Source: a virus. Taken from it: 38,655 nucleotides of DNA. A model generated the notes under the pieces. That model was not told the DNA's origin and searched no databases. It was given only the letters and a program-made list of their open reading frames with translations. Positions 1 to 8,306 of this stretch are shown here, piece by piece. How positions within the stretch are numbered: the first letter of the stretch is position 1; each line of letters begins with the position of its first letter. The position numbers were made by a program, and so were the translations under genes. The stretch spans positions 1-38,655 of IMG/VR virus record IMGVR_UViG_3300011145_000002; one strand, written 5' to 3'.

Positions 1-77
1 GTGCCTTTCTCCCCTGTACCCTTTGGATCTTGACTGTACTCAATTGCCTTAAGTCCAATCTGGTTAAGCCATTCCAA
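1..77. repeat. Terminal direct repeat, copy 1 (circular-assembly overlap)
   Basis: Bases 1..77 (gtgcctttctcccctgtaccc...gccattccaa) are identical to 38579..38655. Confidence 0.95.
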
Positions 78-110
78 ATTTGTCATCTTTTCGCCCACCA
101 TCGCATTCAT
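1..110 (-). CDS. 5' end of the junction-spanning gene whose 3' part is 38152..38655. Putative Q-like late antiterminator, about 178 aa in total.
   Basis: This is the in-frame continuation of ORF 38152..38655 across the overlap. The ATG at 110 is preceded by GAGGGAATAAGG, and the N-terminus reads MNAMVGEKMTN-LEWLNQ... Confidence 0.6.
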   Translation of the reverse strand, partial: MNAMVGEKMTNLEWLNQIGLKAIEYSQDPKGTGEKG

Positions 111-120
111 CCTTATTCCC

Positions 121-561
121 TCAAACCTTCCAAAACCTTTTAAAAACCAACATTGCTGCATCACGTGCATGCTCATTTGTGCGGCCAGTCCAACCGGTTA
201 TCTTCTTAAATAGATCCGCTTTGGTTTTAGTAGCATTTGCTTTTGGGTGAACCATGATGTAATTGAACTCTTGTTCTATAAACCAGTCCTCCCAGATCTG
301 CGCATCACGCTTTACCGACCCCACGCCTTGAGCTTTTTCTTTACCGCCAGTAAACCAAGTACGTTTACGTGCATCTTCGATATACAGCTTTAAATTATCT
401 TTCCCATGAATCGCTTTTATTTCCTGGACAGCCTGCATTGCCTTGGTGATGCTTAAGCACTCCACCTGGTGCAACTCCCCACCGGTGCCATGGTCCATTG
501 CCACGGCGTAACCGGTTTTAACTCCTGTATCGATGCCGATAAGAATTTTAGTCACTGGCAC
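121..561 (-). CDS. RuvC-like Holliday junction resolvase
   Basis: N-terminal ILIGIDTGVKTGYAV (catalytic Asp), LYIEDA (Glu) and C-terminal NEHARDAAML (H..D) match the RuvC-fold motif pattern. GTG start. Confidence 0.75.
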   Translation of the reverse strand: MPVTKILIGIDTGVKTGYAVAMDHGTGGELHQVECLSITKAMQAVQEIKAIHGKDNLKLYIEDARKRTWFTGGKEKAQGVGSVKRDAQIWEDWFIEQEFNYIMVHPKANATKTKADLFKKITGWTGRTNEHARDAAMLVFKRFWKV

Positions 562-653
562 CCCGTAATAATCACTTTGGTAATTGCATCCTCAAAGATA
601 AAAGCTAGAATTAAAATTGTTCCGCAAATGTAAAACACCGAGTCGCTACTCAT
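552..653 (-). CDS. Possible 33-aa hydrophobic peptide (MSSDSVFYICGTILILAFIFEDAITKVIITGCQ)
   Basis: A small ORF below the track cutoff fills the gap between two genes. Its ATG overlaps the upstream stop and its TGA overlaps the resolvase start. Confidence 0.25.
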   Translation of the reverse strand: MSSDSVFYICGTILILAFIFEDAITKVIITGCQ

Positions 654-1017
654 GCTCACCTCGCAACACAAACTCCTTATCCCCTTTGCACCAACATACA
701 AATGCAATTTGTACGGTTAAATTGCGATACCCAATCCCTTGGTCAAAATCAAATAAACGCTCGCCGTAGATAAATCTAAGCTGAAGGTAAAATGGTTGGG
801 CAGCAAAAAAGGTTTCAAATTCTTTGCGCTTATCTTGTTGTTTAATGATGGTCACATCAGCTATGGCACACATAAACGGAATGCCTGTATCTAAACGGCC
901 AAATACACGACCATCTTCAATACGATCAATAATTCCTTCACCAGTGAATTGCTTTCCTGAAAAATCAGTACTCGATTCAGAAATAAAATTAACTTTTACG
1001 CGGTCATGAATTTTCAT
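646..1017 (-). CDS. Hypothetical early protein (123 aa)
   Basis: ORF with an ATGA overlap to the upstream gene. No motif recognised. Confidence 0.6.
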   Translation of the reverse strand: MKIHDRVKVNFISESSTDFSGKQFTGEGIIDRIEDGRVFGRLDTGIPFMCAIADVTIIKQQDKRKEFETFFAAQPFYLQLRFIYGERLFDFDQGIGYRNLTVQIAFVCWCKGDKEFVLRGEHE

Positions 1018-1259
1018 TGATTGATTACTACCGTATTCGGGCTAATGTGGTTTTTGATATCACTACACGTATCAATACGGTCGTGATCGGCTAGAGCTAG
1101 ACGCACAGGTTTGAGTTCATCGCAACATGAAAGCAAATCATCAGCACTTGAGATATCGTAGTAAGCTTTAGTCTCTGCACAATAGGCCTTCGCCCAGTCA
1201 GGTGCCCCATCCACAATCTGCCTACACTTTTCCAATCCCAGTTTTTCGATTAAATTCAT
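1014..1259 (-). CDS. Hypothetical early protein (81 aa, Cys-rich)
   Basis: ORF with ATGA overlaps on both sides. Confidence 0.6.
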   Translation of the reverse strand: MNLIEKLGLEKCRQIVDGAPDWAKAYCAETKAYYDISSADDLLSCCDELKPVRLALADHDRIDTCSDIKNHISPNTVVINQ

Positions 1260-1792
1260 ACAGCACCTACCGATTTAAAAGTTTTCACAGCCTTCTTAAC
1301 CAATTCCCATCGATCAACAGCAAGTTTCGTATGGCCTCTCGCAGCATCACGCAAATGTCGAGTTTGATAACCCGCTATTTCAGAAAGTCGCTTAAAGTCT
1401 TCCTTGGTTGGGTACTTACTAACAAACCGACCTAGCACCTCAGCCTGTTCTTTCATTTGAGCCGCAACCTTTTGTTTTGATGCTAATCGGCGTTGCTCTT
1501 TAAGGGCCGCCTTATGCTTTCGAATTTCTTCATTCTTCGCTTCAATGGCCTTTTCGCGATCAATCCGATCCTGCTCACTTCTCACAGCATTTGCAGCGCC
1601 TGCTGGAAGAATGCCATTTTTAAAATGAGTAAAACCGCGATCTAATTTCTTAACCTCACCACCACGTGTAAAGAATTCCTCCAAGTCACGCTCCAGCTGG
1701 TCACGCAAACTACGTTTAGCTTCCATCTGGGCATGAGTAACGTTTTTGCCCATCTGTATTGATGTGATGCGCTGTTCTAGGATCTCGTTCAT
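1256..1792 (-). CDS. Hypothetical early protein (178 aa, charged, helical)
   Basis: ORF with ATGA overlaps on both sides. No motif recognised. Confidence 0.6.
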   Translation of the reverse strand: MNEILEQRITSIQMGKNVTHAQMEAKRSLRDQLERDLEEFFTRGGEVKKLDRGFTHFKNGILPAGAANAVRSEQDRIDREKAIEAKNEEIRKHKAALKEQRRLASKQKVAAQMKEQAEVLGRFVSKYPTKEDFKRLSEIAGYQTRHLRDAARGHTKLAVDRWELVKKAVKTFKSVGAV

Positions 1793-2403
1793 GCTGCACT
1801 CCCTGTACGTTTAAAAGCACCTTTCACTTTTTCCGCCAACTCAGGCGGACAAGGCACACCTTTACGATTGCGCTCGTCATAATTTAAAGACTTGGCTTTT
1901 TCAGTCTTGCCTTCTTTCTTCCACATTTCCTGCACACGGCCTTTTTCCTTCGCCCGTGCAAGGTAGTCCTGATAAATCGCATTAAAGGCATAATGCGCTG
2001 CTTTCTGCCCCTCTACGTTGAGGATATGGCGCACTTCATCCAAGCTACGTTTCGCAAGTGTTGTAATTTCCGATTTTTTATCATTTTCAAACTGCAACGC
2101 TTTGGCCCATGCCATATCTGCAGTCCACCAGTCACCACCCTGCTCACACCAGCTGCGGAACTTCGGAAGGTTTGGACACCACTCTTCAGAATTCATACGC
2201 AAGATGCCACGAGTGATATCAGCTGGAGTGAGGCCACTCAAAACAGTGCATGCCAATTGAACAAGCTCTTCATCTGAATAACCTGCGTATTTTTTACTGA
2301 ACTCAGCGCCGTAGACATCACCAATGCGGTTTAAAACCAGTTCTGCCACTTCAACTGGAAAGTTCACAGCAAAAGCGCTTTCGAATAATTGAATATTGCT
2401 CAT
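1789..2403 (-). CDS. Lambda P-like replication protein (helicase loader)
   Basis: The segment GLTPADITRGILRMNSEEWCPNLPKFRSWCEQ parallels lambda P GITTMEQVNAGMRVARRQNRPFLPSPGQFVAWCREE. The gene sits directly after the O-like gene. Confidence 0.55.
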   Translation of the reverse strand: MSNIQLFESAFAVNFPVEVAELVLNRIGDVYGAEFSKKYAGYSDEELVQLACTVLSGLTPADITRGILRMNSEEWCPNLPKFRSWCEQGGDWWTADMAWAKALQFENDKKSEITTLAKRSLDEVRHILNVEGQKAAHYAFNAIYQDYLARAKEKGRVQEMWKKEGKTEKAKSLNYDERNRKGVPCPPELAEKVKGAFKRTGSAA

Positions 2404-3197
2404 TAGTTTGACTCTCCCACTGTGCGCATTTGATTTGGATCTGCCTGGTTGCCAAAGCGACGGCGTTGCATTGGCTGTTGGTTTTGAGCTGGAGTTTGTT
2501 GTTTAGGTGGGTAAACACTCTGGTAGCTACCAATGATTGATGCTTCCAGTGACTGATTTGCCAATTCACCAAAGCCAACCAATTTTTTAATCAAAAGATT
2601 TACGGCGTTTTCAGTAAGTGGTTTTCTGATGCTGTTGCGCATATCAACAAATTGAATCCATAGATCACGATTTACGTTCACTGGTAACTCAATTGCTTTT
2701 GCATCGAATGCATTTGGTTTTTCAGCCTTAGGTTTCTCAGACTCACTCTTACTTTTTTTATTTATTTTTTTATTTTGTAGAGTGTCTTTTGATAGTGTCT
2801 TTTGTGTGTAAAGATTTTTTACTAGCACTAGTAAAGATTTTTTACTAGCGTGGTTAAATTTCTTTACTAGTAAAGATTTTTTACTAGGCACTTTTAGCAT
2901 CCAACCAACGGCGCAATCGTCATTCAATTTGAATGAGTTTCCATGCACAGTAGACTCGCACTCAATAACCAGACCAACCTGAATTAACTCAGCAAGTGCC
3001 TTGGTAATTGTGGGTCGGCTTTTACCAGAAATCTTTTGAAATTGACTCAAGGAAATTGAATCAACCTCTTTGTACCAGCCACGTGTTTTACGGCAGATAA
3101 TCAGGTACAACTTTGCAGCAACGTCACCGATCTGGCACAGCACTTCATCAACAAATGCATTCGGCACCTGGAAGCTGTTAGGAATAAAACTGCTCAT
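2403..3197 (-). CDS. Lambda O-like replication initiator
   Basis: The N-terminal winged-helix region (AKLYLIICRKTRGWYKEVDSISLSQFQKISGKSRPTITKALAELIQVGLV) parallels lambda O (FKVLLAILRKTYGWNKPMDRITDSQLSEITKL...). Iterons lie inside the gene, as in lambda. Confidence 0.75.
   Translation of the reverse strand: MSSFIPNSFQVPNAFVDEVLCQIGDVAAKLYLIICRKTRGWYKEVDSISLSQFQKISGKSRPTITKALAELIQVGLVIECESTVHGNSFKLNDDCAVGWMLKVPSKKSLLVKKFNHASKKSLLVLVKNLYTQKTLSKDTLQNKKINKKSKSESEKPKAEKPNAFDAKAIELPVNVNRDLWIQFVDMRNSIRKPLTENAVNLLIKKLVGFGELANQSLEASIIGSYQSVYPPKQQTPAQNQQPMQRRRFGNQADPNQMRTVGESN
2745..2887. repeat. Phage replication origin: three 18-bp iterons plus an adjacent AT-rich tract, inside the O-like gene
   Basis: GTAAAGATTTTTTACTAG occurs at 2808..2825, 2831..2848 and 2870..2887, with a partial CTTTACTAG at 2862..2870. 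AGTGTCTTTTG occurs twice at 2781..2803, next to a T-rich run at 2750..2775. The repeats encode the repeated peptide SKKSLLV. Confidence 0.75.
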
Positions 3198-3964
3198 GCT
3201 GCCACTCCTTCTACCAAACCGGCATCACGAACCATAGCTGCTAAACGCGTAAGACCTTTTGAGGTAATGCGAGCCTGAGTGAAAACTTGTGGACCTTTTG
3301 ACGTTTCAATAACGCGAGTTACTTTCTCGATCATGACTTTTTGAGCAAGGCGTTTGCTGTAAGCGCACAGGGTGTTGCTGCCATCTTTGGCACGATAGAT
3401 CCAGTTCTGATTCATCAAAAACTGAATAAACTTTTTCTCTGGCACGCCTACAGTCTTTGCAGCATCACGAATACAGAAAGAGCTTGATGTTTCAGCAATC
3501 TGGTCAAGCGCATTAGCTTTTGGCTCCAATACCGCTACCCTTTCACTTAGCTCAATATTGAGTTTTGCCTGCACTTCGATTGCTTGAAGGAGATGTGTTG
3601 GGTTTGTAATATCGAAACTATTTTTAGCCTTAAGTGCTTCTTCCATCGCCGTCATGCGATCAAAGACTCGAGCTTGTAATTCATAGCTATATGACATGGC
3701 CATGAGGCAGGCTTCGCGTTTTGGAAAGTTATAGATATGGCGTGTGTTATTGTTGCCATAGTTTTGCGTTCCGATAAATTTCGGAGCGTGCTCTTCACCC
3801 AAAACACTTAAAACTTTACGCATAAAGTCATCATGGCGAAGTTCTTTGTATGGCTTCTCGACAGTGGCAGTTTCTTTGCGAAAATTGTTAATAAAACCAA
3901 CAATATCGGGTGATGACATTGTCACTTCGTTTATGTTAAAATTTCCTTGTGTTAACATATTCAT
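3194..3964 (-). CDS. Rha-family regulatory protein / antirepressor (Rha N-terminal domain plus KilA-C/ANT-like C-terminal domain)
   Basis: NFPKREACLMAMSYSYELQARVFDRMTAMEE is Rha-like. The C-terminal FCIRDAAKTVGVPEKKFIQFLMNQNWIYR is KilAC/ANT-like. The RBS is GAGGA. Confidence 0.6.
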   Translation of the reverse strand: MNMLTQGNFNINEVTMSSPDIVGFINNFRKETATVEKPYKELRHDDFMRKVLSVLGEEHAPKFIGTQNYGNNNTRHIYNFPKREACLMAMSYSYELQARVFDRMTAMEEALKAKNSFDITNPTHLLQAIEVQAKLNIELSERVAVLEPKANALDQIAETSSSFCIRDAAKTVGVPEKKFIQFLMNQNWIYRAKDGSNTLCAYSKRLAQKVMIEKVTRVIETSKGPQVFTQARITSKGLTRLAAMVRDAGLVEGVAA

Positions 3965-3999
3965 GTTTACTTTCCTCAGACGTTAGTGAACAACCGGAA

Positions 4000-4024
4000 A
4001 AGCCTGACCTCGCACGTCAGGCTT
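4000..4024. terminator. 9-bp stem hairpin overlapping the stop codon of the CII-like gene (tR1-like attenuator?)
   Basis: aagcctgac-ctcgcac-gtcaggctt. T-rich sequence follows on the plus strand, but only 4 U follow on the minus strand. Confidence 0.4.
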
Positions 4025-4481
4025 TTTCTGTTTCTGGGTTATCAATACAAGCTTGAATTTGTTTATCCAGCTCAGCCAAAGCAACATGCATCTGGTGGAT
4101 CACCTTTGACATGTCCTGCACTTCACCTTGTGTAATACGGCCATCTGCCATAATTTCTCGGAATAGGCTCATCACATCGCCACCTTTCATACCAATGCAC
4201 AGCACTTTGTCTGTCAGAGACATATCGCGGCATTCAGGAATTTCAGGAAGATCGATTGCAACCTTTTCATGCTCAGCAGCCAAAGCTTGCAAAATTCGAT
4301 AATCACCAGTCATTGCCATCATTTTTGAGGCTTCTGATAGTGTTAAGTGATGGGTATCTGTGTTTGGATTTACCTTACTGTTTAAGACAGCTGGACTTTT
4401 GATTCCCATCCTTGGGGCTAATGCATTTGCCCCACCTGGGTAGTCATGCACTGTGCTGTATGCTGCATCCGTTATGTTCAT
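4017..4481 (-). CDS. Phage 186 CII / CP76-family transcriptional activator-like protein
   Basis: LAPRMGIKSPAVLNSKVNPNTDTHHLTLSEASKMMAMTGDYRILQALA parallels 186 CII LAERAGMNVQTLRNKLNPEQPHQFTPPELWLLTDLTEDSTLVDGFLA. The gene sits directly after cro. Confidence 0.55.
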   Translation of the reverse strand: MNITDAAYSTVHDYPGGANALAPRMGIKSPAVLNSKVNPNTDTHHLTLSEASKMMAMTGDYRILQALAAEHEKVAIDLPEIPECRDMSLTDKVLCIGMKGGDVMSLFREIMADGRITQGEVQDMSKVIHQMHVALAELDKQIQACIDNPETEKA

Positions 4482-4542
4482 TTAGCCTTCCTAAAAACGT
4501 ATTTATTGAAAATCAAATGTTTAATAATTGGTTTAAGCAGTA

Positions 4543-4740
4543 TTAAGCTGCATTATTTTTTGGGGGAGTTGGTTGTGGTTTTAAAAATAGTTCAGGGTAT
4601 TCAAGCTTTACCTTTGCCGGAATGCCGCGAACCGTCCAGTTTTGAACTCGCTGAATGCTATAACCAAGTGAATCGGCTACCTTTGCAGGACCGCCTAGAT
4701 TCGCGATGGTTTGCTTATCAGCTTTTACTGAGATAGCCAT
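4543..4740 (-). CDS. cro: Cro-like HTH repressor (YdaS/Cro family)
   Basis: 65-aa protein with the HTH GGPAKVADSLGYSIQRVQNW, divergent from the cI-like gene. Confidence 0.7.
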   Translation of the reverse strand: MAISVKADKQTIANLGGPAKVADSLGYSIQRVQNWTVRGIPAKVKLEYPELFLKPQPTPPKNNAA

Positions 4741-4871
4741 AATCTTATTCTCAACATCACGTTAAGTATATGGTAAACACAACGTTAAGTATTGTCAATT
4801 TTTCTGTTTAACACAAGTTGTTTACTTTTTTAGATAATAAAAGGGCTTTTACACACCGGGTTAACACGAGC
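4741..4871. promoter_or_regulatory. Immunity switch region with divergent PR-like and PRM-like promoters and candidate operators
   Basis: On the minus strand, TTGACA-17-TACCAT precedes cro. The exact 11-bp direct repeat ACGTTAAGTAT at 4759..4769 and 4782..4792 flanks the -10. The heptamers GTAAACA (4773..4779) and TGTTTAC (4819..4825) are also present. Confidence 0.6.
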
Positions 4872-5552
4872 ATGCATCCTTCATTAGAAAGAATTTTAAA
4901 AATAAGCGGCTTGAATCAAGAAGAGCTGGCTAAGAAAATTGATGAATCTCCACAAACTGTTAGCAACTGGAAGAGACGTGGAGTATCTAAATCAGGTGCG
5001 ATTAAGGCATCTGCTCAATTTGGTGTGTCGGTCAACTGGATCTTGCAAGGTGATGAGAAGGGTCAAAATGTTGAAGTTACAAAAGTTCAAGGATGGGATA
5101 ATCAAACGCCGCTAGATGATGATGAGGTTGAAATACCGTTTTATAAGGAATTCTTAGTGTCTTGCGGCTCTGGTACAGCTGCAGAAATTATTGGTGAAGC
5201 AACAAGGAAGTTGCGCCTAAGTAAGGCAACACTCAATAAATACGGCGTTTATGAAGGAAATGCTTATGCTCTAACAGCATTTGGTAACTCTATGGCACCA
5301 GTAATTAATAATGGCGCGACTGTGTATGTGGATACCGGTAGAACACAGATTATTGATGGAAAGATTTACGCCATAAATCATGGTGGATTATTCAAATTCA
5401 AGTACTTATATCGCATGCCTAAAGGTGGGGTGCGAATTGTTAGCGCCAATTCTGAAGAGTATCCAGAAGAGGTACTGACTATCGAAGATATTATGGAGCA
5501 GGAATTTTGCGTAGTAGCTTACGCATTCAATGTACAAAACCCTCTGCCGTAA
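4872..5552 (+). CDS. cI: CI-type prophage repressor (XRE HTH plus LexA-like S24 autopeptidase domain)
   Basis: The HTH is LNQEELAKKIDESPQTVSNWKRRG. The S24 serine motif is AFGNSMAP, followed by a downstream KFKY lysine. The ATG at 4872 is preferred over the TTG at 4818. Confidence 0.85.
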   Translation: MHPSLERILKISGLNQEELAKKIDESPQTVSNWKRRGVSKSGAIKASAQFGVSVNWILQGDEKGQNVEVTKVQGWDNQTPLDDDEVEIPFYKEFLVSCGSGTAAEIIGEATRKLRLSKATLNKYGVYEGNAYALTAFGNSMAPVINNGATVYVDTGRTQIIDGKIYAINHGGLFKFKYLYRMPKGGVRIVSANSEEYPEEVLTIEDIMEQEFCVVAYAFNVQNPLP

Positions 5553-5570
5553 CCACTTAAAAATTATATG

Positions 5571-5594
5571 ACCGCCCACTGAGGCGGTTTTTTA
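5571..5594 (+). terminator. Intrinsic terminator after cI
   Basis: accgcc-cactga-ggcggt followed by TTTTTTA. Confidence 0.8.
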
Positions 5595-5659
5595 TCGCCT
5601 CTATAAAAGTTCACAAAAATAGTAAACAAAAATAACCCACATAAAGTTAACAAAATTAC

Positions 5660-5688
5660 TTGACGATAGTACACGTCATGTTTACTAT
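5660..5688 (+). promoter_or_regulatory. PL-like early-left promoter
   Basis: TTGACG-17 nt-TACTAT. TGTTTAC (5679..5685) overlaps the -10 and GTAAACA sits at 5622..5628; these are the same heptamers seen in the cro/cI intergenic region. Confidence 0.6.
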
Positions 5689-5771
5689 TAATTCACAGGA
5701 AACAAAAAGCCCCAGCGTTGCAACGAACAACCTGAGGCCTGACCCACACTCTCTTTGTGAGTAAAGAAATT

Positions 5772-6107
5772 ATGAATAAAAAACCAATTCTAATCAAGAC
5801 AGCCTTTATTGCCTTTGCTGCAATTTTGTCAGGCTGCTTCGCCCAAGCTGAATCTATCGAAGATCAGCCGCAAGTCGATATCACTGCAAAGCATTACGAA
5901 GTTGAGAGCATGCATTGCAATCAAGTGTGTATCGCTACAGTCAAAGCTGACGATTACAGCATTTATGTTGAATATGCCCTGGACGATGCCTCAGTTGAGT
6001 TTCTGGACATTCTGAATGTGGTTCATTTTGACAAGACGATTAATGCTTATGTTGATCGTTATGAGATTGAAAAGATTAATGCTGCGATTGCTGGGGGTGT
6101 GAAGTGA
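5772..6107 (+). CDS. Lipoprotein, first gene of the early-left operon
   Basis: The signal peptide plus lipobox reads MNKKPILIKTAFIAFAAILSG|C. The ATG at 5772 is preferred over the GTG at 5757. Confidence 0.7.
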   Translation: MNKKPILIKTAFIAFAAILSGCFAQAESIEDQPQVDITAKHYEVESMHCNQVCIATVKADDYSIYVEYALDDASVEFLDILNVVHFDKTINAYVDRYEIEKINAAIAGGVK

Positions 6108-6724
6108 GTCATCCAACTTTAGATCAATTCTTGAAAGATGTTGCCCACCATCAACTGACTGTGAACCTAGATCAAGGTGTATTCCGCGATATTACGATTG
6201 CGAACCCTAACACTATGGAGATGCATTACAACATCACTACTCGCCCTGGCTATCTAATGATTACTGGCGATATGGGTGATTTCATTTTTCAACGCACAAA
6301 TGACATGTTTGGATTTTTCCGCCCCCAGTCTGGTTATTACATCAATCCGGGTTACTGGGGAGAAAAAGTAGAAGCTGGTGTTATTCGTGAGTTTGATATT
6401 GATACAGCAAATTCGTCTGTACAAGGCTATTTAACCAATTTTCTGGAAGATTTAGATCTGTCCGATCCTGAGGATAGAGAAAAATCCAAGCAAGCACTGG
6501 AGGCTGTCACCAGTTTCATAAGTGGAACTCAAGGATCAGGTGAGTTTGATTTCTGGAATGAAATCAATTCTTGGGATGCAGATGAAGCAGGTGGCATGGA
6601 TTTAACAGATTTTTTTGAAGCCCCAACCACCAAAGCTACTTTTCACTATATCTGGTGCTGCTACGCCATTGTTCACGCAATCAAGCTTTATGACGAATAC
6701 AAATCTAATGAGGTGACCGCATGA
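6104..6724 (+). CDS. Hypothetical acidic early protein (206 aa)
   Basis: The GTG start overlaps the upstream TGA (GTGA). No motif recognised. Confidence 0.65.
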   Translation: MSHPTLDQFLKDVAHHQLTVNLDQGVFRDITIANPNTMEMHYNITTRPGYLMITGDMGDFIFQRTNDMFGFFRPQSGYYINPGYWGEKVEAGVIREFDIDTANSSVQGYLTNFLEDLDLSDPEDREKSKQALEAVTSFISGTQGSGEFDFWNEINSWDADEAGGMDLTDFFEAPTTKATFHYIWCCYAIVHAIKLYDEYKSNEVTA

Positions 6725-7017
6725 ATTACCCACCCATTGAACCCAAAGGCTCCAAGAAAATTCATTTTAGCCTGGCTGCACCTTTTGAAAACTGGCTATT
6801 GAATGACGGGTATCAACCAAAACCGGTCAAGCATGCAGCCTTGGTTCGATACAGCAAATCAAATAAACCTACGCTTGAAATTGATAGCACTGGAAAGATG
6901 AGCGAAGCCACTCAAAAGCGCTACGCCATTTTTCTTAAGCAGTATTTGAAAGTTGGTAAGCCCTTACTGGTTTCTTTACGAGCTCAAGCACCAAAAGTAT
7001 TAAGGATGGCAGCGTGA
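6721..7017 (+). CDS. Hypothetical basic early protein (98 aa)
   Basis: ATGA overlap with the upstream gene. Confidence 0.6.
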   Translation: MNYPPIEPKGSKKIHFSLAAPFENWLLNDGYQPKPVKHAALVRYSKSNKPTLEIDSTGKMSEATQKRYAIFLKQYLKVGKPLLVSLRAQAPKVLRMAA

Positions 7018-7403
7018 TGGAAGATAACAAATTGTGGTGCGTAGGAATCTGCCCTGAAGATGATAGTCCGCATGAGCAATCACCTGCTGCATCAAAAGAA
7101 ATTGCTGAACGTGCTTTGGCTCGCTACAGAGCTATGACTAAAGCTGAAGGTAATCAGTTCATGATCGAATCATTTGATGAATACTTTCAGGTTCAAGAAT
7201 GGGAAGGCACAGCTGAAGAACACCAGGAACAAATGTTTTATACAGAAGACTGGTTTAAAGAGCCGATGTACCAGTGCTTTGACCTGCCAACAGCATGCAA
7301 AGTTTTTGAATATGGTGAGATTGTTAAATGCTACAAAAAAGGCTCATCACCACTTACCACATCAAATTTTGAAGAAGCCAAGCGCTTCTATGAGGTGGCG
7401 TGA
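7017..7403 (+). CDS. Hypothetical acidic early protein (128 aa)
   Basis: TGATG overlap at the junction sequence GCGTGATGGA. Confidence 0.6.
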   Translation: MEDNKLWCVGICPEDDSPHEQSPAASKEIAERALARYRAMTKAEGNQFMIESFDEYFQVQEWEGTAEEHQEQMFYTEDWFKEPMYQCFDLPTACKVFEYGEIVKCYKKGSSPLTTSNFEEAKRFYEVA

Positions 7404-7756
7404 TGGATATTGAAAAATTAAAAGCTGAATTTGAGCAGTCTGAATGCTTTAAACGCCTTGAGCATGTTGCGCAATACACCTTCTTTGAATTTGGAGCATA
7501 CATCAAACGTACTGATGTTCCTGCTGATATTGAAAAGAAGTGTGGAAAATTAATCACATCCCTTCTTTTTAGTTGGTCAGCATGGAAGGAGGCAAAAGCC
7601 CAGGCGGTGCCGGAAGTAATCAGTATTGGCAATGAGTTGCAATCATGGGTAGCAGTAAATTCATTCGGTGCTGAGGATGTGGTGGGTGATCTGGTGATTA
7701 TTGATGCGAACGAGTTGGCTGAGGTAATTGAAAAACTAACTGGGGCGAATGCGTGA
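7403..7756 (+). CDS. Ead/Ea22-like early protein (117 aa)
   Basis: Carries KLKAEFE and AWKEAKAQAVPE motifs, typical of lambdoid ea-region proteins. TGATG overlap at the junction sequence GCGTGATGGA. Confidence 0.5.
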   Translation: MDIEKLKAEFEQSECFKRLEHVAQYTFFEFGAYIKRTDVPADIEKKCGKLITSLLFSWSAWKEAKAQAVPEVISIGNELQSWVAVNSFGAEDVVGDLVIIDANELAEVIEKLTGANA

Positions 7757-8139
7757 TGGAAAATCCAGAAAAGATAGAAATCGAAGGCTTAAAAACGATT
7801 CACAAGCTCTGTAAATTTGGTGCAGATCACAATATGGAAGGCTGCTCATTTACTGAAATCGTAGAGCGGATGTTTAGCAAGATCGAGCAAATGAAAACTC
7901 AGGTAGATACGCTTGATGAAATGCTTTTAAATCAAGGTGAAGTATTGGCGCAAGCCAAACTCCAAGTGGTGCCGGAAGGTTTTGTTTTAGTACCGAAAGA
8001 GCCAACTGAAGCAATGATCCAAAGAGGCACTAAAGCCAATTCTGAATGCCTTAATGAAAATGCACCACTGGGAGAGAGGCTATTCCGACACCCTGCTCTT
8101 CAAGTTTACCAAGCTATGGTAAATGGATCGGGAGAATAA
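7756..8139 (+). CDS. Ead/Ea22-like early protein (127 aa)
   Basis: Carries the VPEGFVLVPKEPTEAM motif characteristic of Ea22-like proteins. TGATG overlap at the junction sequence GCGTGATGGA. Confidence 0.55.
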   Translation: MENPEKIEIEGLKTIHKLCKFGADHNMEGCSFTEIVERMFSKIEQMKTQVDTLDEMLLNQGEVLAQAKLQVVPEGFVLVPKEPTEAMIQRGTKANSECLNENAPLGERLFRHPALQVYQAMVNGSGE

Positions 8140-8141
8140 AG

Positions 8142-8306
8142 TTGAATGATATTCAAAAACCACTTGAGCCTTATGAAGACGGCGATATCGATAAACAAGT
8201 CAATCTGATGGATCAATTCATTGAAAGCGGTGAATTCAATAAAACTATAAATGATTTTTTCGGGTTACCTGAATCTGTGGTGCAGAGTTTAAAGGAGGTG
8301 TCTTAA
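8142..8306 (+). CDS. Possible 54-aa acidic protein (TTG start)
   Basis: Not in the ORF track. GGAGAA lies 5 nt upstream of the TTG, and the stop directly abuts the next ATG. Reads LNDIQKPLEPYEDGDIDKQVNLMDQFIESGEF... Confidence 0.4.
   Translation: MNDIQKPLEPYEDGDIDKQVNLMDQFIESGEFNKTINDFFGLPESVVQSLKEVS

Noticed and set aside
1-77. The terminal repeats as phage DTRs, or as IS or LTR ends
   Set aside because: The repeats are direct and exact, lie inside an ORF that reads through the junction, and are of assembler-k-mer size. No transposase is present.
2808-2887. Regularly spaced 18-bp direct repeats that could look like a mini CRISPR array
   Set aside because: There are only 3 copies with unequal 5- to 21-bp spacers. 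They lie inside the O-like coding frame next to an AT-rich tract, and no cas genes are present. They fit origin iterons.
4017-4740. The Cro-like (YdaS-family) gene plus the downstream gene as a toxin-antitoxin pair
   Set aside because: The position divergent from a cI-type repressor, together with the 186-CII-like sequence of the second gene, fits a standard lysis-lysogeny switch.
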